From Eledone cirrhosa (Eukaryota): a stretch of DNA of 64,000 nucleotides. The position numbers were made by a program, and so were the translations under genes. Shown one piece after another: positions 1-13,470 of this stretch (position 1 is its first letter; each line of letters starts with the position of its first letter). The stretch lies in contig OZ024747.1 in assembly GCA_964016885.1 (NCBI GenBank), forward strand, positions 4,464,001 through 4,528,000, written 5' to 3'. The notes under the pieces are model-generated. The model saw only the letters and a program-made list of their open reading frames with translations, was not told where the DNA came from and made no database searches.

Positions 1-939
1 CACTACCAGCTTTACCAAAACTTCCTTATACGTAAAAGGAAAATAAACCAAAAGATATTTATAATTAAATCAAATTAATTATAATAATAATAATAGTAAT
101 AATAATTTTTTAATTGGCCACGTGGGCCCAAGTTGTCGGGGGACAATACAAAAATGAAATATGTCTGAAACTAACAAACAAAACACAGTGAGGGATTCGC
201 ACTGAGCTTTGTTGGTTTCCTAAATAATAATAATGATATTAATTATAATAACAATAATTAATTTTATTGTAAGTAAATAAAATTTTATTATAAAAAGTGT
301 AAAACAAAATAAAATGAAGGAAAAATAATAATCAATTAATTAATAGAATAATTTAGTCTGCCAAAACCACAATATAACGTTTTTTTCCCAGAAGAAATGA
401 TAAAGAGAAAAAAACAACAACAATGGTGGTACTCCAGCACGGCCTCAGCCTGTCTGCTGGAACATGAAATAGAAATAGAAACAACATATGCCCAAAAATT
501 ACTTAAAAGAAAACTGAAATTAAATGAAAAGAATCAGAATAAAAATGTAAAGACTTTCAATACCAAAACTAAACCGAAACCAAGTTATACCAAAACCAAA
601 ATAATACTCGGGGTCTATTGATTTTTTTTTCTTTTTTTTTTCTTGCTCTCTATAATTTCTTGTTTGTCTTTTAACCCTTGCCCTATTTACAATACAATAA
701 TACACATGCTATTTTTTCCACCCTCGCCGCTCTGCCAAAGAAATATAATCACCGATAATAAATTGCAATTGACGAAGATAACAAACAAAAACAGAAAAGA
801 AATTCATATATGCATGATGGCATTATCAACACTGTTATGCAGCAATGTCTTTGAATTAATTTGGTTTTTATTACAAAGAAGAAAAAAGACGAAAGGAAAA
901 TTTTAAATGGTTGAAAAATTAAAAAGTTATATTTAAGGC

Positions 940-975
<36 letters not shown>

Positions 976-1020
976 ATTATTGTTATTATTATTATTAGTA
1001 GTAGCAGCAGTATTATCACC

Positions 1021-1225
1021 AGGGCGGTGGAGTGACAGAATCATTAGAGCATTGAACAAAATGGCTTGCAGTATTTACTCCAGCTCTTTAAATTTTGAGG
1101 TCAGCTTTGCCTTTTATCCCTCTGGGGATTGATAAAATAAAGTATGTCTATTATTGGGGTCGATTTAAATTGACTAACCCCTCCTTGCTGCAAAATTCTG
1201 GCCTTGTGCCTTTGTTAGAAACATC
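1021..1225 (+). mobile_element. tRNA-headed SINE, family M (Meta-domain-like core), diverged copy
   Basis: Core TTTGCCTTTTATCCCTCTGGGGATTGATAAAATAAAGTA and end GGCCTTGTGCCT..TAGAAAC, both shared with >10 copies in the window. Confidence 0.75.
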
Positions 1226-1600
1226 ATTTTTAGTTGTATCATCATCATCATTGTCCTTATCATTACTCATCCTCTTCATAATCATTGATACCATGATGGT
1301 CTTATGTGACAATAACTACTGATGGAGGCCAACAAAAGCTAGATGCTTCATTGCACCTAGTTCTATACCTCATTGTTATATATATATATATATATAATAT
1401 GTATGTATTTACATTCCACTCCTGCAAATATTGAATTTGCCTTTCAACAGTCTCTCTCTCTCTCTCCCCATACTCACATTCTTAAGTCAGTAGAATTAGT
1501 ACCAGTTATATATTGGTACAGAATATAAAAGGGACAGATCAGTTTCTGTCAACTTTATACTACATTTGAAAAAATATCAACTTTATATTCTGTATTTTTT

Positions 1601-1920
1601 TAAATCTGTTTTCTTGGTAGAAAACTACTGTTTGGTTGGCTAAATCTGTTTTCTTGGTAGAAAACTACTGTTTGGTTGGCTAAATCTATTTTCTTGGTAG
1701 AAAACTACTGTTTGGTTGGCTAAATCTGTTTTCTTGGTAGAAAACTACTGTTTGGTTGGCTAAATCTGTTTTCTTGGTAGAAAACTACTGTTTGGTTGGC
1801 TAAATCTGTTTTCTTGGTAGAAAACTACTGTTTGGTTGGCTAAATCTGTTTTCTTGGTAGAAAACTACTGTTTGGTTGGCTAAATCTGTTTTCTTGGTAG
1901 AACATAATTGTTTGGCTGGT
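1601..1920. repeat. 40-bp minisatellite, ~8 copies
   Basis: Unit TAAATCTGTTTTCTTGGTAGAAAACTACTGTTTGGTTGGC repeated head to tail. Confidence 0.95.
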
Positions 1921-2110
1921 TAAACTTCTTACCAAAGAGAGACCATGGCCCTAGCATCAGCTCTCAGTCAGTCTGACTTGGCTAATGTACTCTCTTGAAA
2001 TATAGGCATGAACGGCACAACTTCTTATTTATTTGATCTCTTTATAACTACATGGTATCATGCCGATATAATATATTATTATTAAGCAATTGTTATTATT
2101 ATTATTATAA

Positions 2111-2762
2111 TTGGCTGTATTGGTAGAGTGTCGGACAACATGCTTTGCAACATATAGTTATGTCCTTTTATCTTCTGAGTTTAAATCTATCCGAGGTTAG
2201 CTTTGCCTTTCATACTTGCAGGGGTTGATAAAATAAAGTACCAGTAATGCACTGGGGCGATTTTATCGACTTTCCCTTTCTGCAGAATTGATGGCCTTGT
2301 GCCTAAATCAGAACCCATTATTATTATTGGCCAAATCAGTGGAGCCTTATGCTATTTGTTTCAGCTCGTTAAATTCTGAGATCAAATCTCACTGAGGTTA
2401 ACTTTGCATTTCACCCTTCCAGTGTTGATAAAATAAAGTACCAGTTGAATATTGGGGTTAATTTTATTGACTAACCTTTCTCCTCCACCTCCAAAGTTTC
2501 TGGCCTTGTGCTCATGTTAGAAACAATTATTACTATTATCAATGAGGGCGGTGGATTGACAGTAGGATCGGTAGAGCATCAGACAACAGGCTTTGTGTTA
2601 CGCCCCTTTATGTTCTGAGTTAAAATTCTGCCGAGGTTAGCTTTGCCTTTCATTCTTACATGGTCGATAAATTAAAGTACCAGTAATGCACTGGGGTCAA
2701 TGTAATCGACTTTTCCACTTCCCTTCACATGACTGGCTTTGTGCCAAATATAGAAACTATTA
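2111..2762 (+). mobile_element. Stack of three family-M SINEs (about 2111-2320, 2327-2530, 2545-2762)
   Basis: Each has a GGTAGAG A-box-like head, a GAGTTCAAATC-like B box, the GCCTTTCATCCTT..GATAAAATAAAGTACCAGT core and an (ATT)n tail. Confidence 0.85.
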
Positions 2763-3264
2763 TTATAATCATCATTGTTGCCATCACCACCCTCATTGTT
2801 ATACCATCATCACTTTTATCATCATCATCGTCATCATCATCACCTCTTTCAATATTGGTTGGTGCTATGCTATTTATATGTTATTGTTACGTGTTAGAAA
2901 ACAAAACCAAGAAATTGCATCTAGTGGACAACAACAACAACAAAAAATAATAATAACAATGACAATAATAATAATTCCACTTATAATAATAATGAAAGCA
3001 ACAATAACATTTAAACAAAAAATTGTGCAAAAAGAAACAAAAATATGTTAAAGTTTATTTTAAAAGTTGGCAAGAGAAAATATGAAATAGGTGAGGAGTA
3101 AAAAAGCAAAATAAAAACAAAATCCCCTCCAAAACCAGTGAAATGCAGGGAGCAAAGTATGGCCCCTTTTCAGTTACCCATTATAGATTTTTTTATGTGT
3201 GTGTTTGTATATCAGTAAACAATGAAGATCGTGATTTTTGGCTGCATGTTTGATTGATATTTAT

Positions 3265-3600
3265 GTGTCTATAGATGACTGGTGAGACCAGTTCTGGCAC
3301 CAAAATAATGGTCATATGTACAGCACATGTGATATATGGCTTTATTTGTGGTAGTGTTAACTGACAAGGTTTTGTGAAGCTTTTGTTTGATTTCACCCAG
3401 CTTGAAAGCATGTCTCTTGCATGAATTTAGCACCATTGTTGATGATAGTGCACCATTGGGGTCTAGTATGAGTAATCTGGTCCCAAGATTTTATATCAAA
3501 CGCATATACATTCCAAACAACTTTAATCTGCTTAATGAAGGTTGACCTAGGAAACGGGGATGGCTTAAAACATTCCTCACCCATGACTTTAAAAACAACA
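3265..3600 (-). mobile_element. Decayed RTE-clade LINE ORF C-terminus
   Basis: Minus-strand translation DIKSWDQITHTRPQWCTIINNGAKF ... FGARTGLTSHL resembles the RTE/BovB C-terminal region; frameshifted. Confidence 0.6.
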
Positions 3601-3976
3601 ACAGATGAGTGTACCAGTTGATACAATCAATGGAACAGCCTGTTCATGAAACTAATGTCATCATCATCGTTTTAACATTCACTAACAAGGGTTGGTTGGG
3701 TTTACGTAGACCAAGTGTGTGTGTATATATCAGGGCATTCTTCTAGGAGAAGGCAACTCCGACATAAAACCTGCGGCTCAGTAGTTACCGATGATGTTGA
3801 TCTTTTCTTCTTTTCGAGTTATAGCTACTGTCGCTCACAGAGTGGGATTGGCTCAGTGCACAGTCTTTCCTCACTTTAAAAATATTCTTCACGCACAGGC
3901 ATTGCACAATAGCATTAATTGATAATTATTAATAATGGTATATCTTGCAACGGCCATACTCGATAACGAGGGGGCA

Positions 3977-4031
<55 letters not shown>

Positions 4032-4362
4032 CATACACACACATGCATACAGAGAGAGAGGGAAGGAGAGAAATGCAAAAATATATCTCATACATGTTTA
4101 TGTATATATGCATATAGATATATGTATTTATGTGTGCATGTACATGTATGTCTATATGTATATATAGATATACATGTCTATATATATATATATGCATGCC
4201 AGTGTATTCATCTAAACACAGTTCAAATATATTAGATAAATTTGCTTGTTGTATAATAATGTTGTGGTTGGCAGAATCTGTTTTTCCATCTGTATCAGTC
4301 ACAACTGAGACCTCAACAGAGGGGGGTGCCATATAACTGGCCACTGAATATATCTTCATCCA

Positions 4363-4540
4363 CATCATCATAAACCTCATTATTACAACTATCACCCCCC
4401 AGTCATCGTTATAATCATCATCATCATAAACCTCATTATTACAACTATCACCCCCCAGTCATCGTTATAATCATCATCATCATAAACCCCATTATTACAA
4501 CTATCACCCCCCAGTCATCGTTATAATCATCATCATCATA
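4363..4540. repeat. ~57-bp tandem repeat, 3 copies
   Basis: CATCATCATAAACCTCATTATTACAACTATCACCCCCCAGTCATCGTTATAAT repeated. Confidence 0.9.
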
Positions 4541-4934
4541 AGGGTGAAGTGGTAGATGGACAGAATTGGTAGAACAAATAGAATGCCTTGTTGTATTTGG
4601 TATACCAGTTTACATTCTAAATACAAATTCTAAAGAAGTCAACTATTTCTGACTAAATTGTACCAATGACAGAAATTGTAATTGCAATAATAATAATAAT
4701 AATTGTTTCTCATTATTTGCCACAAGGGCCAACAAAAATGGGACGGGGGGGGGGGGGGTTACACTGAAATCAAGTAGAAAGAAATTAACAAACGAATAAC
4801 AATGAAAAGTCCCCAATAGGGGAGAGGACCACCCAGGGGTAATTTAGAAACCCCACAAATCCTAAACCACCGGACACTCAAAGAGCACCCTTGGAGGGCG
4901 CCCTTGGAGGGCGCCCTTCTCATCTCTGGTTTCT

Positions 4935-5225
4935 TTTAAGCCACATAGGGCTTACATTAAGAGGACAATAAAAACAGCACAGGACAGTACAGTGTTGGAT
5001 TTTTGTGTAAAAAGTTTATAACAAAGATTAAAAAATGAACATAACAAATTCCCCAAAAGTGAGGATACCTCCGAGGGTCACTCATGGAGAAAGCCCACTA
5101 AAAGCCACAGAAACCTTGATCACTAGGACAAGTGTCCTCTCTCGGTTGTTCTCCACCAATTTACAGGCACATACTCAGATCAGGCCCATCCACTTGGACC
5201 ATACTTGCCTCTCCCACCTTTCAAA
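4935..5225 (-). mobile_element. Tx1/L1-like LINE 3' end fragment
   Basis: Reverse complement begins GAAAGGTGGG and ends GCCCTATGTGGCTTAAAAGAAA, similar to 35464-35965 and 58620-58985. Confidence 0.5.
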
Positions 5226-5669
5226 TATAATAATGGAAATATGTTTGGAATGCAACAAGCCAAGTTTAGAAGAGAAATAGAAGTTTTGCTGTAATATTTT
5301 ATACTATATAATATAGTCTAGAAACGGGGCGTATAAACCCAGCTTTTCCTCTTCTCTGAGTTTATATGCCCCATTATTAGACTATATTGTAGACAAACAT
5401 GTTACAGTGAAACTTCTATTTCAATGATAATAATAATATTAATATTCACCATCATCATCATCATCATTACCAACGACAGCATCATTAAAATAAACACACA
5501 CACACACCAAGCTATCCTATCCATATATAGCGCCACTATGATAATATTTCTAGAAAGTAAAGAAAAAAAAAAACAATCGCAAAAAACAAAGATGGAAGAA
5601 GGAAAGAAAGGAAGAAAACATTGTCAGAACATGTTTTGTTGTTATTTGTTTTTGTTATTGTTTATTGCA

Positions 5670-6170
5670 TCCTTGACCCCACCCCCACACACACCACCAC
5701 CCACTATCATGTCCCTTAACAAGCCTGCCCCACTATCATGTCCCTTGACAAGACCCCCCACCACCACCCACTATCATGTCCCTTAAGACACCACCCACTA
5801 TGATGCCCCTTAACAAGCCCCCGCCTACTATCATATCCCTTAACAAGACCCCCTCCATCACCCACTATCATGTCCCTTAACAAGCCCCCCATCACCCACT
5901 ATCATGTCCATTAACAAGCCCCGCCCACCCTCCCCATCACCCACTATCATGTCCCTTAATAAGACCCCCATCACCCACTATCATGTCCCTTAAGACCCCC
6001 CCATCACCCACTATCATGTCTCTTAAGCCCCCCCCTCACCACCTATTATCATGTCCCTTAACAAGCCCCCCCACTATCATGTCCCTTGACAAGACCCCTC
6101 ACCACCCACTATCATGTCCCTTGACAAGACCCCCCTCCCCACCACCCACTATTATGTCCCTTAACAAATG
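5670..6170. repeat. Degenerate C-rich minisatellite (~30-40 bp unit)
   Basis: Recurrent CCCACTATCATGTCCCTTAACAAG followed by variable C-runs. Confidence 0.9.
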
Positions 6171-6934
6171 TTGATGTTGGTTAAAATTCCTTCTTTCTAT
6201 GTTTTGTTGTTGTTGTTGTTGTTTATTCGTTTTTCATTTTAATTATTTTTTCAGTTTAAAATATTTTGTTTGATTTATTAATTATTTTGAAATGTTCAGA
6301 TGTCTTTGTTAATTAAAAAAATATTTCATTAGAATATTTTATTTTAAATTGTTATTGCTGTTGTTTCATGATTGTTTATCAAGAACTAATCTCTGTTTTG
6401 TCTACATATATGTCTGTCATTCTTGTTTGTTTTTTTATGACGAAATTCAAATATTTATTTATTTGTCGTTTTATTTTGAGGGGGTGGGGTGCAGATTTTC
6501 ATAATTCTGTTTTTGGGTGATTTTTCTGTTTGTTTCTTATATTTTTCCTTCATTTTTTTTTCATTTTAATATTTTTTTGTTTTTTATGATGAAATTCAAA
6601 TTTTTATTTATTGTTTTTTTTGGAATGTTTTTTTTGTGAGGGGGTGGGGACAGAATGTCTTAATTCTATTTTTGGTGATTCTTTTATTGTTCGTTTCTTG
6701 TATATTTTCTTCATTTTCCATATATTTTTTCTTTCACCGTCTCCTACCCAAATTGCTGTGATGTTATCCCTAAATATGTTTGTTTGTTGGTTTGTTTGTT
6801 TATGAATCGTAATATAGAACAACACACACACAAAAAAAAGATTTAACTTTCTTCCTGGTAATAATAATAATAATAATATTCTGTTTTCTGATGTTTAAAA
6901 AATTTCATATTAACATTAAACCTGTTGGCTTTTT

Positions 6935-6972
6935 TCCTTCTGATGAAGGACTAGTGTCCGAAACGTTAAGAC
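6935..6972 (+). ncRNA. Minimal type I hammerhead ribozyme (Penelope-type), family A
   Basis: CTT-CTGATGA-A-GGAC-TAGT-GTCC-GAAA-CG-TT-AAG: intact core, 4-bp stem II, palindromic AACGTT in place of stem III. Confidence 0.75.
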
Positions 6973-7117
6973 CCTCTTCCTGCTATTTCAAGTGTTAACC
7001 TAATATATCCCTTCCATATACTGTACCGATTGTGTTGTTATTTCTGTTTACCTTTTACATACACACACACACATATAAATATATATATAAATATATATAT
7101 ATCTATCTATCTATCTA

Positions 7118-7270
7118 AGGCGGGTAAAATTCCCGAGTCCATGGACGAGTTCTCTCCAGCGGTCTCTGTCCCTCATTATCGCTGCCATATCCTGCATCTC
7201 CAACAGACCAGTGTCTGTCCTTAGGGCATCAACATATGTTAACCTTGGTCTTCCTCTTCTAGTGTGTCCA
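7118..7270 (-). mobile_element. RTE-like LINE 3' end fragment
   Basis: Homologous to 46243-46400, which reads GRGRPRLTYVDALRTDTG...RDRDCWRELV. Confidence 0.7.
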
Positions 7271-7404
7271 CTTTAATCTGTACTAATGATAAATATTTGC
7301 TATATATCTACAGGTTTATATATACTTTATATATATATATATATATAGTAATAGTAATGTAATGATAAATACAAATACCAAAATTCGAAGAGGGATCGAT
7401 AAAG

Positions 7405-7446
<42 letters not shown>

Positions 7447-7500
7447 ATATATAAACCTGTAGATATATAGCAAATATTTATCATTAGTACAGATTAAAGT
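7270..7500. repeat. ~60-bp inverted repeat around (TA)n and a spacer
   Basis: 7270-7330 ACTTTAATCTGTACTAATGAT...TATACTTTAT is the reverse complement of 7440-7500. Confidence 0.9.
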
Positions 7501-7571
7501 TTAAGCAAAGAATTTCTGCTTTCACCCTATATGGGATCATCTGAAATAGAAGATTTAATTATATTCCGTGC

Positions 7572-7825
7572 GATATATATATATATATTATGTATATGAG
7601 AGAGAGAGAGATATGTATATATATATATATATATATATTATGAGAGAGAGAGAGATATGTATATATATATATTATGAGAGAGAGAGATATATGTATATAT
7701 ATATATATAATGAGAGAGAGAGAGATATATATGTATATATATATATATATATATTATGAGAGAGAGAGAGAGAGATATATATGTATATATATATATATAT
7801 ATTATGTATATGAGAGAGAGAGAGA

Positions 7826-7858
<33 letters not shown>

Positions 7859-7877
7859 TATGAGAGAGAGAGAGAGA

Positions 7878-7955
<78 letters not shown>

Positions 7956-7973
7956 GTATATGAGAGAGAGAGA

Positions 7974-8006
<33 letters not shown>

Positions 8007-8009
8007 TAT

Positions 8010-8047
<38 letters not shown>

Positions 8048-8091
8048 GTATATGAGAGAGAGAGATATATGTATATATATATATATATTAT

Positions 8092-8143
<52 letters not shown>

Positions 8144-8170
8144 GTATATGAGAGAGATATATGTATATAT
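7572..8170. repeat. Compound (TA)n/(GA)n microsatellite
   Basis: Direct reading. Confidence 0.95.
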
Positions 8171-8416
8171 GCATATAGCCGTATTGTAAATTTGAAATGC
8201 TTCAGCTTAGAATTTGCTGCTGAACATGTGGCATCAATAGATAGATCAGTCCAGTTGTCTTATAGGGGTAAATATCATGTAGTTTTAAGAAGACTGTAGA
8301 TAAGATTTGGATCACTCTATTGTCTCAATGATCAACTTCAATTTCCTCAGTTAAAGTACTCAATAAGCTATTGCTGTCATTATTATCATCATCATCGTTA
8401 TTATTGTCATTATTAT

Positions 8417-8936
8417 TGGTTAACTTTGCCTTTCATCCTTACGGGGTCGATAAAATAAAGTACCAGTAATACACTGGGTAATTGCTGGCCTTGTGCCTAA
8501 CGTAGAAACAATTATTATTGGTGGATAATCAGAATCGGTAGAACATCGGACAACATGCTTCGCGGCATAGAGTTATGGCACTTTACATTCTGAGTTATAA
8601 TCCTGTCGAGGTTAGCTTTGCCTGTCATCCTTACGGGGTCAATATAAGAGAGTACCAGTAATGCACTGGGGGCAATTTAATCAACTTTCCTCTCCCACAA
8701 AATGATTGGCCTTGTGCCTAAATCAGGAGCAATTATTATTATTATTATTTAGGGCGGTGGATTGACAGTATCTGTAGAGGGTCGGACGCCATTCTTTCCA
8801 GCATAGTTACGTCCCTTTACGATCTGAGTTCAAATCCCGCCGAGGTTGACTTTGCCTTTCATCCTTACAATAAAATAAAGTACCAGTAATGCACTGGGTA
8901 ATTGCTGGCCTTGTGCCTAAAGTAGAAACAATTATT
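8417..8936 (+). mobile_element. Stack of three family-M SINEs
   Basis: Cores at about 8425, 8615 and 8850, separated by (ATT)n tails. Confidence 0.85.
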
Positions 8937-9499
8937 ATTTGCCAGCTTCATAGACAAGAAGAAAACTCATCGTTAATAAATTTCCTGATTGTTTTGTGAA
9001 ATATCAAATATTTTGATCTTCTTTTCCTTTCTGATATATCTCAAGCCCTTATCCTAATGACAAGATAAAAAGAAAGACATTAAACGACTTATATATATAT
9101 CACTGTCATAATCATCCTCATCATCATCATCAACATCATCTAATGTCTGATGTACCTCTATGTTTTAATTTTGTTCCTCTTTCTTGCTTCCAAGTTCAAG
9201 TCTCAATCAAGTCATTTTATATTTTTTTATTCTTTCCACACCCTCCCCCATTCCTGAAATCAATAAAATGCTCACACCGCCATTTCTACATATAGAGCTA
9301 CATTTGCTTCTTGTAGCTGGTTGATAATGTGTCACCTCCATTTCAGGCCCCGTTTGGTCCACTTGCATGTGGGCGTGAGTGTACATACATATGTCCAACC
9401 CATGCAAGCACAGAAAAGCGGACATAAAAATGATGACAATGATGATGATGATGATATATGAAAGTAGGATGCTGATGTAAATCATAAGTGCATGAGTGT

Positions 9500-9531
<32 letters not shown>

Positions 9532-9554
9532 TATATATATACATATACATATAT

Positions 9555-9710
9555 GTAGGATCCCAATGTAAATCAGGAGATGACCACAGTCAAAAAAGGT
9601 ACTCAATACATTAGTAAAGTATAGGTATATTCATTTTATTATAGAAATGATTTCTACAGGACTAGAACTGTTTCATTCATAAGAAATCATCAGGAGTTTC
9701 CTGTAATTAG
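9555..9710 (-). mobile_element. Penelope-type terminal-repeat remnant with hammerhead-like motif
   Basis: Reverse complement ACAGGAAACTC-CTGATGA-TTTC-TTAT-GAAT-GAAAC-AGTTCTA-GTC-CTGT, then AATAAA and a T-rich tail. Confidence 0.5.
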
Positions 9711-9743
9711 AATGAAATATATATTTTTCCCAAGTGGTGAAAA

Positions 9744-10996
9744 TAGTAGTGTATCTTATAGTATCAGGTCTGAGCTCTCTATAGTAGTGTATCTTATAGT
9801 ATCAGATCTGAGCTCTCTATAGTAGTGTATCTTATAGTATCAGGCCTGAGCTCTCTATAGTAGTGTATCTTATAGTATCAGGTCTGAACTCTCTATAGTA
9901 GTGTATCTTATAGTATCAGGTCTGAACTCTCTTTAGTAGTGTATCTTATAGTATCAGGTCTGAGCTCTCTATAGTAGTGTATCTTATAGTATCAGGTCTG
10001 AATTCTCTATAGTAGTGTATCTTATAGTATCAGGCCTGAGCTCTCTTTAGTAGTGTATCTTATAGTATCAGGTCTGAATTCTCTATAGTAGTGTATCTTA
10101 TAGTATCAGGTCTGAACTCTCTATAGTAGTGTATCTTATAGTATCAGGTCTGAGCTCTCTATAGTAGTGTAGCTTATAGTATCAGGTCTGAGCTCTCTAT
10201 AGTAGTGTATCTTATAGTATCAGATCTGAGCTCTCTATAGTAGTGTATCTTATAGTATCAGATCTGAGCTCTCTATAGTAGTGTATCTTATAGTATCAGG
10301 TCTGAGCTCTCTATAGTAGTGTATCTTATAGTATCAGGTCTGAGCTCTCTATAGTAGTGTAGCTTATAGTATCAGGTCTGAGCTCTCTATAGTAGTGTAT
10401 CTTATAGTATCAGGTCTGAGCTCTCTATAGTAGTGTATCTTATAGTATCAGATCTGAGCTCTCTATAGTAGTGTATCTTATAGTATCAGGTCTGAGCTCT
10501 CTATAGTAGTGTAGCTTATAGTATCAGGTCTGAGCTCTCTATAGTAGTGTATCTTATAGTATCAGGTCTGAATTCTCTATAGTAGTGTATCTTATAGTAT
10601 CAGGCCTGAGCTCTCTTTAGTAGTGTATCTTATAGTATCAGGTCTGAATTCTCTATAGTAGTGTATCTTATAGTATCAGGTCTGAGCTCTCTATAGTAGT
10701 GTATCTTATAGTATCAGGTCCGAGCTCTCTATAGTAGTGTAGCTTATAGTATCAGGTCTGAGCTCTCTATAGTAGTGTATCTTATAGTATCAGATCTGAG
10801 CTCTCTATAGTAGTGTATCTTATAGTATCAGATCTGAGCTCTCTATAGTAGTGTATCTTATAGTATCAGGTCTGAGCTCTCTATAGTAGTGTAGCTTATA
10901 GTATCAGGTCTGAGCTCTCTATAGTAGTGTATCTTATAGTATCAGGTCTGAGCTCTCTATAGTAGTGTAGCTTATAGTATCAGGTCTGAGCTCTGT
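9744..10996. repeat. 38-bp minisatellite, ~33 copies
   Basis: Unit TAGTAGTGTATCTTATAGTATCAGGTCTGAGCTCTCTA, no spacers. Confidence 0.97.
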
Positions 10997-11481
10997 AATT
11001 TCTTAGTTCAAATCCTGTCAGGTTTGATGTTTCGATTACATTTCATATCAAATCTTCGGCAATGTTAATTATAGACCCTCTTTTTTTTTTATGAACCTCC
11101 CTCCTCTCACCCCATACCTCTGTTATGAAAACTGACTTTTCACCTCTGATCACCTCAGCACACATATCATTTATATGTAATATAGTTTATGTTATAAATG
11201 TCTTCACATTTGCAGATAGAGATGAGTTGTGGACATCATACACTCTGAAAGTATCATCAATCTACCATTAGAGCCCCCCACACATATTCATACATTGTCT
11301 TTAAAAGACTTCATTTCCATTAATATAATTTACTATTTTTTGTTTATAGCCTTGTTTCTTTATTATTGTTTTATATAAATATGTATGTATCATATGAATA
11401 TATGAATAATATATATATATATATATGTATATATACAATTTTAGTTTCCTACTATTAGCTTGATTATAATTCTGATGTATT

Positions 11482-11869
11482 CAGTATTGGTAGAGGGTTG
11501 GGCGCCATGCTTTGAAGCATAGAGTTACCTCCTTTTATGATCTGAGTTCAAATCCCGCTGAGGTTAACTTTGCCTTTCATCCTTACGGGGTCGATAAAAT
11601 AAAGTACCAGTAATGCACTGGGATAATTGCTGGTCTGGTGCCGAAAGTAGAAACAATTATTTTTATAAGAGATAATAATAATAATAATTATTGGCAGCAT
11701 CGGTAGAAGGTCGGACACCATGCTTTGCAACATAGAGTTATGCCCCTTTACGGTCTGAGTTCAAATCCCACCAAGGTTAACTTTGCCTTTCATCCTTATG
11801 GGGTAGAGAAAATAAAGTACCAGTAATACACTGGAATATTTGCTGGCCTTGTGCCAAAAGTAAAAACAG

Positions 11870-11905
<36 letters not shown>

Positions 11906-12112
11906 CGGTGGATTGGCAGTATTGGTAGAGCATTGGACAACACGCATTGAGGAATAGAGTTATGGCCCTTTATGTTCTGAGTTCAAATCTCACCAAAGTT
12001 AGCTCTGCCTTTCATCCTTACGGAGGTCAACAAAATAAAATACCAGTAATGCACTGTGGCCAATTTAATCAACTTGTCCCTCACCCCAAATTGCTGTCCT
12101 TGTACCTAAATC
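11482..12112 (+). mobile_element. Stack of three family-M SINEs
   Basis: GAGTTCAAATC B boxes at about 11544, 11757 and 11979, each followed by the shared core and end. Confidence 0.85.
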
Positions 12113-12457
12113 ACTCAACCAATACTGCGAATCCACTGCCTTAATCAATACATGCCAAATCCTGAAATATCTCATCACTAATCAATAATAATAACATTAC
12201 AAAACAAATTGAAAAAAGACAAGAGAAACTTTGCCAATAGGAAAGGGAGAGACCCTCCACCCCCTCAGGGTAATTCTAAGGAAAACTCTACACAAAAACC
12301 TTCTCCCAGATTCCTCTGTTGCTTCAATAGCATTCAATAATAACAATTATGTCAATAATAATTATCATTATCATTGTTATTAATTCGATTTTTCTAAGTG
12401 TTGGAGAATAGATTTTTGGGACATTAGATGTTATGATCAGCATAACTTCCACTTTCA

Positions 12458-13470
12458 CCATCACCACCACCACCACTATCACCACCACCACTATCACCAC
12501 TACCACTATTACCACCACCACTATCACCACTACCACTATCACCACTACCACTATCACCACTACCACTATCACCACTACCACTATCACCACCACCACTATC
12601 ACCACTACCACTATTACCACCACCACTATCACCACTACCACTATCACCACTACCACTATCACCACTACCTCTATCACCACTACCACTATCACCACTACCA
12701 CTATCACCACTACCTCTATCACCACTACCACTATCACCACTACCACTATCACCACTACCACTATCACCAATATCATCACCACCATCCCCACCCACCTACA
12801 TCACCACTATCACAACCACCATCACCACAACCACCACTACCACTACCATCAACACCACCATCACCACCACCACAACCACCATCTCCACCACCACTACATC
12901 ACCTCCACCACCACCACTACCATCATCATGGTCACTATCACCACCACCATCTCCACCACCACTACCACAACCACCACCATCACCACCACCACCACCATCA
13001 CCACCACAACCACCATCACCACCACCACTACCACAACCACCACCATCACCACCACTACCACAACCACCACCACATCACCACCACCATCACTACCACCACC
13101 ACTACCACCACCACAACCACCATCTCCACCACCACTACCACCACCACAACCACCATCTCCACCACCACTACCACCACCGCAACCACCATCACCACCACTA
13201 CCACAACAACCACTACATCACCACCACCATTACTACCACCACCACAGCCACCATCTCCACCACCACTACCACAACCACCATCATCACCACCACCACCACA
13301 ACCACAACCACCATCACCACCACTACCACAACCACCATCACCACCACTACCACAACAACCACCACATCACCACCACTACATCACCACCACCACCACTACC
13401 ACCACCACAACCACCATCACCACCACTACCACAACAACCACTACATCACCACCACCACCTCTGCCACCAC
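12458..13470. repeat. (ACC/ACT/ATC)n low-complexity array, partly a 15-bp unit ACCACTACCACTATC
   Basis: Direct reading. Confidence 0.95.

Noticed and set aside
9744-10996. CRISPR-like array (also 1601-1920 and 25800-26465)
   Set aside because: Units are contiguous with no unique spacers, there are no cas genes, and the context is eukaryotic
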